From positions 45,818,001 to 45,882,000 of the forward strand of contig OX597819.1 of the NCBI GenBank assembly GCA_951406725.2: a stretch of DNA of 64,000 bases, read 5' to 3'. The translations under genes and the position numbers were made by a program. Of this stretch, positions 54,127 to 64,000 are shown in pieces. The stretch is from Octopus vulgaris (Eukaryota). The number at the start of each line of letters is the position of its first letter. Positions within the stretch are counted from its first letter, which is position 1. The notes beneath the pieces were generated by a model. The model worked only from the letters and a program-made list of their open reading frames with translations. It searched no databases and had not been told where the DNA came from.

Positions 54127-55801
54127 TTTTTGTATATATATGAATGGATATAGAGTGCATGTATTCATTAATATGTTATTCGTGTTTCCATGTAATCACA
54201 AAAATATTGCAGTTCCAAAAAGCAATAGGCTATTTTTATTTATTTATTCATTTATCTATTTCATTATTTATCAAATAAATTCTTCATCTGAAGACAAAAA
54301 AAGAAAATAAACATAACTATAGATTTCAGAATATCTTACAAATTAATAAGCAAGTAATATTCGTTGCCAATATTAGATTGATGGCTACTCTTCCGATGCC
54401 AAATCTTCAGCTAACATAGTAATATTTCACCGATGTCTTCCTCAGCTCTTAAAGCATGATAACATGTAGATTATTCCTCCAACAACACATTCAATACGTT
54501 TATTTATTTTATTCATCGATCAAACTATTTTTCTACCCTTAAAAAATAAATCGTTCCGAAGTTTCATTTTCCTTTTTTTTTTTTATTTTTCTTCTCTGTC
54601 AATATGATAAAAGAGATGAAAATTTCTGTTCTTTTGTGATTTTCCTCTGCTCAAAATATCTACCACGTTTGTTAGTATCCGAACAGGATGAAGAAGAAAC
54701 ATTATATTGTCCTTCAATCAAACGACCGATTCAAAATTTATGTACTATGCTGCCATAGCACCAAGGTTTGCTTTAATCAACCAGAGCTACGACCAAAAAA
54801 GTTTTAAAACGCTAAGCAAGATCGTCCAGTCTCGTTTCGTGGAAAATACCTCCAGGTTTTCATTAAATCAATATGTCCTTCCTTTTTAAACGTAATACGG
54901 TGCAGTTAAAGCAACGAATTGAAATAATCGTTAAGGCGTTGGATAAAATGCCTCACCGTATTGGTTCCAATGCTTAACGCACTGTGTTCAAATCCCGCCG
55001 AAGTCAACTTTATGTTTTATCCTATGGGATCGATAAAACAACGTATTAATCCAAGGTAAGGATTGTCGAAAGTGGTAGTGCGTCGTACAATCTGCCCTAC
55101 GGTATCTACACCAGCTCTAGGATTTCTAACAACAATCCATCGACAACACTGGAGCAAAGCTGTTTTCAGCCTGAAAGAGGTGGATTTTTTTCTTTGGACA
55201 ACAACGAGAGGGGAAATTTGCGTATATTGGCAAGTGTCAAGCATTCTAGAAACCCTAACTTGAACCTTCGCATAGAGATACAAATAGAGAGACAACCCTG
55301 TCTGACGGAAGACCTTCAATGCGTAGCTTGAGAGGGAATATGGACGTTATTTCCAGCAGGAGGAGGAACTACGTAAAGGCTGTCTCGATAACTCTGACAC
55401 TGAACGGATAAAGCACATACGTATGACGCAAAACAGGGAAAACTATGACCTCGGATCAAAGAACGGATGTTGAATTCGTCTTTAAATTCATCCTCATTTT
55501 TTCGATAATTCAAAGTTGCATTATCAATGAACTTCAGATCTGGACTCAAAACTGTCTCTGTATCGAACAAACGAAGGGGACCGCTACAGGGTCTATTGAA
55601 TTGCAGAGAATAGCAGTCAGAACCTTTCATCAGATCATATTTACTCTCTTTGATGAGGAAGGATGCATAAGACTATGAGGTCTTAGTTACGCTAGTTTTG
55701 TGAAGGAAAAAGCGTTGTGAACACGTCTTTTTATCATCTTTCACCACGTTAACTTAAGATTGAGTATGGAGTGAATAATAACAAAAACAACAACAACAAC
55801 A

Positions 55802-55835
<34 letters not shown>

Positions 55836-56272
55836 TTACTACTACTACTACTACAATAACAACAACCGTTCCGTAAAATTTGAGTTGGATTTGTTACTTT
55901 GTAGGGAGCATTCACTTCAAACTTTTCATAAGCGTGGGGCTTGCTTAGAGATAAGAATCTGCCAGACAAGCTAAGTAGTGAATTGATATTACTCGTAATT
56001 TATTTATAGCTGCCATATCGAAAACAATCATTGCTGTCAATGCGTTTTCTTTTATTCATTAAAGTATTTCTCTTGTGGTTATCGTTAATGTTTCCAACTT
56101 AGATACAAGAAAAATAAAACTCTCACAAAAAACTAAAAACAAAACACAACCGGAACATAGTGGCATTCAGGATTTCATAAAGAAATCAGCAAAGAAAAGA
56201 GGATAGATGTTCCAAAATTAAGACAAACACCCAAACAGCATAGTTTTTTATACTGAATAGTATTACCATGAG

Positions 56273-56682
56273 CCACAGAGCAAACGCAATGAACTACAGA
56301 GGAAACGTCATGCGATTCAGAGCAAACGTCATGAGCTACTGAGCAAACGTCATGAGCTATAGAGCAAACGTCATGAGCTACCGAGCAAATGTCATGAGAT
56401 TCAGAGCAAACGTCATGAGATACAGAATAAACGTCATGAGATACAGAATAAGCGTCATGACATACAGAGAAAACGTCCTGAGCTACGAAAAAACGTCATG
56501 AGATACAGAGCAAACGTCATGAGCCACGGAGTAAACGTCATGAGATACAGAGCAAACGTCATGAGCCGCGGAGTAAACGTCATGAGATACAGAGCAAACG
56601 TCATGAACTACAGAACAAACGTCATGAGCTACGGAACAAACATCATGAGCTACAGAGCAAACATCATGAGATTCAGAGCAAT
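56273..56682. repeat. 21-bp minisatellite, ~19 copies, consensus GAGCAAACGTCATGAGATACA
   Basis: Direct inspection. Constant 21-bp period. Confidence 0.95.
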
Positions 56683-56824
56683 TATCAACTTTTTCTACTT
56701 GGTAATTTGTACCACTAATACATGAGTGTGGATTTAGCCAATACATTTGAATAAATAGACACACTGGAATGTTTACCAGCTGGTGTTAGTCAATTTTACA
56801 TCCTCTCCACTATTTTATTTGCCG

Positions 56825-56861
<37 letters not shown>

Positions 56862-56863
<2 letters not shown>

Positions 56864-57265
56864 TCTTTTACGCTTTTACTTGTTTCAGTCATTTGGCTGC
56901 GGCCATGCTGTAGCACCGCCTTTAGTCGAGCAAATTGACCCCAGGACTTATTCTTTGTAAGCCCAGTACTTATTCTGTCGTTCTATTTTGCCGAACCGCT
57001 AAGTGACGGGGACGTAAACACACCAGCATCAGTTGTCAAGCAATGCTAGGGGAACAAACACAGACACACAAACACACACACACATATATATATACATATA
57101 TACGACAGGCTTCTTTCTGTTTCCGTCTACTAAATCCACTCACAAGGCATTGGTCGGTCCGGGGCTATAGCAGAAGACACTTGCCCAAGATGCCACACAG
57201 TGGGACTGAACCTGGAACCATGTGGTTGGTTAGCAAGCTACTTACCACACAGCCACTCCTGCGCC
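56862..57265 (-). mobile_element. SINE family B, full length
   Basis: Reverse complement of 43610-44010. Confidence 0.9.
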
Positions 57266-57267
57266 TA

Positions 57268-57299
<32 letters not shown>

Positions 57300-57400
57300 T
57301 TATATTATATTATATCATATTATATCGTATTTTATTATATTTTATTATATTATATTATATTATATTGTATTATATTAATTTATATTATATTATACTATAC

Positions 57401-57431
<31 letters not shown>

Positions 57432-57616
57432 ATAGTATTTTAGACACTTATAACTTATAGCGATCACTGCGCAAGGGATTATATGCCTCATTATTATGTT
57501 TGTTTACATATGATATAATCACTATTATTATTATTTACATGTACATGCCACAGTCATGACTGAAACCCAACTCTACTTAAAAAAACATTCGCAGTAAAAA
57601 GCACAAACACACACAC

Positions 57617-57651
<35 letters not shown>

Positions 57652-58392
57652 CTAAAGGGTTTGGCAACACACACACACACACACACACACACACGACACA
57701 CACAATCTATCATACAATTTTAAGTTATCTACGGACGTACGTTTCGAAATCAAGTTTTAGAAAGCATAAGAATTAAATATTAAATAATTTATCTACGAAC
57801 TTTTTTCATAGAATATATATCATAAATGATTATATATATATATATATATATATATATTTGATTTGATGTGTTGAATTCTGAAGCAGCTAGATATACGATA
57901 CTTTCACCAAAAGAACCCGCCATTGCCAGCGAAAATAAATATTGAAAAAAAAAACGCATTTGACCAAACGCGACATTTTAACATAATAGTAACTATATAT
58001 ATACATATCATTGCTATTATGTTGAAATGTCACAATCATAATTGAAACCCACAAAAGGATTGACCGGCTTTCGTTTGAGAGAAAAGGCTGAGATATAAAA
58101 GGTTGATGCAGATTTTTCGGTACACGTATAAAAGAATTGAACAACGCATGTAAATGAGTGATGGGTGTTTTTACACGTGCATTTCTGAATATATAGATAG
58201 AAAAAATGTTCCTACTTAATGAATAAATGGCGCGTAGCTTCTTTTGATTTTAAAGACAGCGTGAAAATATGTCTCTCTTCCCATTAGGTAAAACTTACAA
58301 AATAGCGTGTTTTTTTTATATCTTTCTTATGTTTTTATCCGGCATACTATTATAATTATGAATATTTATATGTATGCCAAAATACATGTGCA

Positions 58393-58438
<46 letters not shown>

Positions 58439-58449
58439 CATATATATAT

Positions 58450-58488
<39 letters not shown>

Positions 58489-58537
58489 TATATATATCAT
58501 ATATATATATATATATATACATATGCATCTCTCTCTC

Positions 58538-58576
<39 letters not shown>

Positions 58577-58710
58577 CTGTATGAAATATAGCTATGTATG
58601 TATGTATGTATGTATGTATGTATGTAGGTAGGTAGGTATGTTTTAATCTTCCTGTCGTCAGCCGGATCGCTTTACTTCTGTTTTCACTCATACAGCGATA
58701 CACACACGCA

Positions 58711-58806
<96 letters not shown>

Positions 58807-59538
58807 GTCTTCTCGTTCTGAATATTGTTGATGTTGTCGTTGTTGATTGCCTTTGAATATGTTACCGTTCTTCTTAACAGCTTTTACAGTTTTTTGTTTT
58901 GTATTTGTTTTATCCTTTCTAGTCCTAGCTCAACCCTGATTCACTAAAAATCAGTTAAAAAGCATGCTTCGGTAACGACCACATCCCATTCCCAGGTATG
59001 TTACATAGTTTCGTATCATCTGTATATATTATTAGAAGAAGGTCGGCGGTATATTACTCGGCTGCTATTTCCAGCCCTTTTTTAAAATCATTTTTTTCTT
59101 TATTGTTGAATAATTAGTTGTTATCCTCAGCGAGTTTTACTAAAAGCGGTCATCGATCATATTGTTGAGCTGGGCAGTTTCTATGTCCGTCTGGTCAATA
59201 AGACTCGCTGAGAATAACTAAGTTATATTTTCACAAAGTTTTAAAACGTGACGATACGGATATATCTGACTTTCCAATTTACGTTTCTTTTGATATTGCT
59301 ACGGGGGCTTAGAATTTCTGCTCACATCTCCGATTTCAATGTTTATCAGTGAAAATTTGTGCTTCTAGTCGTTTTCTGACCGATTTCTATAGTGTACGGG
59401 TTCCCCTTGTAGCACATTCAATTATTAATAAAAATGTTTACCTTATGGTATTTCCTTGATGGTTATTTACGCATGCTATACCACTCGATACTGTTGTAAA
59501 CAATAATATCCTTATACATATATATGTATATATACATA

Positions 59539-60773
59539 TTATTTTGTCCGGAAATTTCTGAGCGTTTTGAAGGTAAATCTTTTAATGCGTCATTCAACAT
59601 ATCTGAAACGTAACACAGTTAAAACTTTGGCGTTGCTTGAAGTGGCGGTGCATCTCTTCTTTGTTCTTGACTAAAAATATATTTATTTTTCGGTTACCCT
59701 TTAATGACATTTGAAATGGATAACCAAAATTTTCACATTCGCGTTGTAATGTTTTTCTTGTTTAAAAACAGAAAATATTGCAAAGACTTGCAAAAACCTT
59801 TGTGAAGTTTATGAAGGTGATGCTGTAGGTGAATCAACTGTTCGAAGGTGGAGAGTTAAGCTTGGAAGATGAGAGTCGCTGTGGAAACCTTGAAAATTGG
59901 TCGAAGGTGTTCTGAAGGCAAAAAATGGAAGAAAACACAAATATCACAACTGGAGAACTGAACTTGTAGAGGAGTTGGAAGTTTCTAAAAGTACAGCTTA
60001 TGAACACCTAGTGAAGCTAGGATACATTTCTTGATATAACTATAGTTTCCTCACAATTCCGTTTGTGATATGCTTTTGAAACGGAATCAAAGCATGCCTT
60101 TTATGAAACAACTTGTGACTGGAGATGAAAAACGGATTGTGTACGAAAACGTAGTGCGGTAAAGATCCTGGAATTGGATGAGGATACACCAAAACAACAA
60201 CCAAAGATGAATATCCATGCCAAAAAAAGCTATACTTTTATGTATGTAAGGATCATAAAGGTATCGTTCACTTTGAGCTTCTCCTACAAAACCAAACAAT
60301 TAATTCTGATGTGTACTGTCGTCAGCTAGCTAATTTGAACAAAAAAAAAATCCAAGAATTCAGGCTAGAGATAGCCAACAGCAAAGGGATAGTGTTCCAG
60401 TGTTCTAACAAGACAGTGCGGGATTATGTGTCTTTGCTTACCCGAATAAAGTGACATGAATTTCGCTGGGATTTCTTACCACCTCCACCATATTCCCTTG
60501 AAATTGCGCCATCTAACAACCACTTTTCGTTTCTACAGAGCTCATTGCAAGAAACATTTAAAGATTTGGATGAAGTCAAAATGCATCTAGAAAACTTTTT
60601 CTTCAAAACCAGTCAACTTTTATTCTGATAGAATATTTAAATTGCCTGATAGATGGGCAAAGGTCTTTAATAATAATGGAAATTATTTCATTGAATAAAA
60701 TTGATTGAAAGGTCAGTTATTGATATCCATTTTTGCATATTAAAAGACGCTGAGAACTTTCCGAACAACCTAA
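59539..60773 (+). mobile_element. Full-length mariner fossil (~1.23 kb, both TIRs, TA flanks, disrupted transposase)
   Basis: Left tattattttgtccggaaatttctgagcgtttt pairs with right aagacgctgagaactttccgaacaacctaata. Remnants MDNQNFHIRVVMFFLFK, ESTVRRW, QLVTGDEKRIVYEN, HFELL..NQTINSDVYCRQL, LPPPPYSLEIAPSNNHF. Confidence 0.92.
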
Positions 60774-60884
60774 TATATATATATGTGTATATGTGTATGT
60801 ATGTGTTTGTGTGCGTGCGCAAGTGTGTATGTAAATATGCATTATGTACGTATGTATGTGTGTACATATATATATATATATATA

Positions 60885-61189
60885 TATGTATAAAAAATAT
60901 AGAAAATGGGACAAGAACGCGAAACATTCAAATAAACGATACTAAAACGGACGGGTCATTCGAAGCCTCTAACCTTCAGTCAAGAACCGGATCATCCTCG
61001 CAATTTCGGCTGATTAATCTTGAGATTGCTCCGATCTGGCCAGCCCCAAGGAAAAACTAAGCTACGAGCATTAGATATCTTGGAAAAAGGATCGAATGTA
61101 TACGAAACAAGGACAGAAAAACGGACGATGTTACACGAAAATAAATACAAAAAACAAAAAGTAATACGAATATAAATACAAAAAACAAA

Positions 61190-61275
<86 letters not shown>

Positions 61276-61650
61276 GGACAAAGACAACGGGCGTCTTTCG
61301 ACTTGAACCAATTCAAATTAGCTGGCGTGTGAGAAAGATAATGCCTTACGGCAGACGAAGAAATCGATGTTGTTCTGGCGCTGGTCAGAAGCCGAAAGGC
61401 TGTAGTTGACCGGCGGTCACGTGAGAAGAGAAGAGAGAGAAAAAAGGGGCAAGGAATTAAAGAGAGGGAGAAGAGAGAGAGAAAGAAGGAATGAAAGGGA
61501 GGGAGAAAAAAGAGAGCGTGCCAAGAATTGGCGGGACAAAAGAAAGGTAGTGTCAGTGAAGTACAGAGTAAGAAAAGCAGAGAGATGTGAGAGGGTGGGG
61601 AAAAGAGGAGACCAAAAACTCAAAGAAGCGAGAAAAAAGAAAGACAGAGA
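60885..61650 (-). mobile_element. Probable retroelement 3' region (unclassified, possibly Penelope-like), starting at (TA)n
   Basis: CpG-rich stretch abutting (TA)n, with internal (CAA)(TAA) repeats and a purine-rich tract. No protein motif recognised. Confidence 0.3.
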
Positions 61651-62039
61651 AAGCATTGTAATATCGAAAAATGTAAGCAGCAGGAGCTTACATAACTGGA
61701 CTTTTCTTAGACCCTTCTTTTCTCCTGAAGATGGGACTTTGAGTTCGAAATATAAAGGTTTTATTAAACTAGCTGCATTGACAGAAACTGTTTACTTTCT
61801 CTCTTTTTACATAGAAACTATTTAGATGCATCATTTCCAACGAAGACAGTATGTCTTTAAGATATTAACTTTCATAACCTAGAACAATCAGGAAGCCAAG
61901 GAGATAGAAAAAAAAAGACTAAAGGTAAACATTTATGAATCAAAGGAATATTAGCGAAACATAGAAAGAAAACTCGGTCGATAGTCTAAAACACAAGTGA
62001 TCGGATGATGTTGTTTGGGGCCACCTTTTAAAAGTTGCG

Positions 62040-62600
62040 TAGTACCTCACTTGACGAGACTCTGAGTTTACGAGTTTTATTTTTCAGCTCTCTTTTGTAT
62101 GTTGAGCTGAAATTTTTTCAAGCACAGGACCTAATTCTGAACGAAGTGCAAAAGTTTCTATTGCTGTAACAAATGAGTCTGCGTGTTACCGACAACTTTA
62201 TAGAAGGTGAAAAACGTTTCTTCTAAGCAAACAACTCTAGACTTGTGTTTTAAAAAGATATCTACAAGTCCGTCTACGAGCGCTTGTGAATCGGCGTTGG
62301 CGTATAAAGTGATGGTGTGCGCGAGTCTAGTGCGAGTGAAAGTGATGCAGGAAACGATTATAATAACAATGGAGTTTTTTTTTTTATTATAAATGATCTT
62401 GACATTCTTTTAACTTAACATAAAATATTCTTTACATTCTACTGTTCTTTTATTGTCATTTATTTACAAGTATTATAAATTTTATAGGTAAAATATTTTT
62501 CTGGGAACGAATTACAATTTATAACATTGCTACAATGGGAAATTGTTGTTCTGCTTTACGAGCGGTCTCCGGGAACAAATTAACTCGTATATTAACTGTA
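62040..62600 (+). mobile_element. Tigger/pogo-like 3' remnant
   Basis: KQTTLDLCF-like C-terminal motif (~62225), ctgggaacgaatta...tttacgagc...ggaacaaattaactcgta...actgTA terminus. Confidence 0.5.
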
Positions 62601-63195
62601 TAATATGCTGGGGAAAATTTCTCACTTTACGTCACAATAGTCAAAAGAAGAAAAAAAAAACAGAGAATGAGATATTTTTCCACTACTGACATGTCCGTCG
62701 ATCCAGTATGGAAAACACAAACGTAACAGTCTAAGCATTATTCATGGAGCGACAGAGTAAGTAACAACCACACTGGATCAAAATAAGACAAAAGTTGGAG
62801 ACTTAGGGATACAACATAGCTCCATAATTGATACTATACGAATGGACACATTGACATTCGGAAAATTTTTAAACGGTGATTAATTGCACAAAGAATAACG
62901 AAAAGGAAAAGTCAAATATTAATTGTTAAACGTCTTTGCTTTGCCACTGAGCCTCAAGCAGGTGATCAGGTAAAATATATTCTGAAATTCCAATTAAGGA
63001 GAGAAATTACATACATACCACGCGTGGTAGGTACAATTTGGTAAAAGGAATATGATGTGGTGTATGTCTGTATGCGTTTGTGCTTGTGTGAGTATGTGTG
63101 TATGTGTGTTTGAGTCTATAACGTATGTACGTAGTGTGTGTGTGTATAAGTATATATATATATGTGTGTGTACACACACACATATATAATTGTGT

Positions 63196-63256
<61 letters not shown>

Positions 63257-63322
63257 TATATATAACGTATATATATATATATATATTGAAAGAGAGAGAA
63301 AGTCATATATACATGTATAACG

Positions 63323-63369
<47 letters not shown>

Positions 63370-63371
63370 CA

Positions 63372-63775
63372 TAGGAGTGGCTCTGTGATAAGTAGCTTGC
63401 TTACCAACCACATGGTTTCGGATTCAGTACCACTGCGTGGTACCATAGCCTCGGGCTGACCAAAGCTTTGTAAGTGGATTTGGTAAACGGAAACTGAAAG
63501 AAGCCCGTCGTATATATGTGTATTTATATATGTGTGTGTGTGTATATGTTTGTGTGTCTGTGTTTGTACCCTTCCCCCCCAACATCGCTTGACAACAGAT
63601 GCTGGTATGTTTACGTCCCCGTAATTTAGCGGTTCGGCAAAACAGACCGATAGAATAAGTATTAGGCTTACAAAGAATAAGAGCTGGGGTCGATTTGCTC
63701 GATTAAAGGCGGTGCTACAACATGGCCGCAGTCAATTGACTGAAACAAGTAAAAGAGTAAAAGAGTAAAAGAATA
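63372..63775 (+). mobile_element. SINE family B, near full length
   Basis: High identity to 43610-44010. (AAAAGAGT)n-like tail. Confidence 0.9.
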
Positions 63776-63813
63776 CATATATACAACATAAATATATACA
63801 TGTGATTGTGTGT

Positions 63814-63845
<32 letters not shown>

Positions 63846-64000
63846 TTGTGCGCGCGCAACGTCATCTGCCCCAGTGAGTCACACTAGTATCGTGTGTCTA
63901 TAGCATCGTTTTGTGCAGTCCGGTATTAAACAGACGTTGTCTTATTCAGATGTTTACTGGATTAATACAAAACCAAGCATGAGTAACAATAATCAGCAGA

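Noticed and set aside
56273-56682. CRISPR-like array
   Set aside because: Contiguous 21-bp units with no unique spacers, eukaryotic context, no cas genes.

Overview
AT-rich eukaryotic non-coding DNA saturated with microsatellites ((TA)n, (CA)n, (GATA)n, (TACA)n, (AAT)n, (CAC/CAT)n) and transposon debris. The repeat families look like those of an octopus/coleoid cephalopod genome (recognition, not verified by search). I found no intact host protein-coding gene, and nearly all ORFs in the track are microsatellite artefacts. Recognisable content: (i) about 35 copies of 3-4 tRNA-derived SINE families with swapped modules; (ii) decayed Penelope-like elements (RT and GIY-YIG remnants at 10.1-10.4, 21.6-24.2 and 45.4-46.3 kb) plus several short termini carrying minimal hammerhead-ribozyme-like motifs and inverted ends; (iii) R4/Dong-type restriction-like-endonuclease LINE fragments and an unclassified ~560-bp non-coding element, both sitting in (AAT)n tracts; (iv) RTE and Hero-like LINE fragments; (v) three mariner fossils, one Tc1-like fossil, and Tigger/pogo-like and hAT-like remnants; (vi) a 21-bp minisatellite and several hairpins. 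The most unusual candidates are a tRNA-headed, hammerhead-bearing element with Penelope-style inverted ends (44927-45192), a hammerhead-like family with a non-canonical CUG(U/C)UGA core, and a (AAT)n-targeted retroelement nest (26.2-28.6 kb). All coordinates were read by eye and may be off by a few bases.
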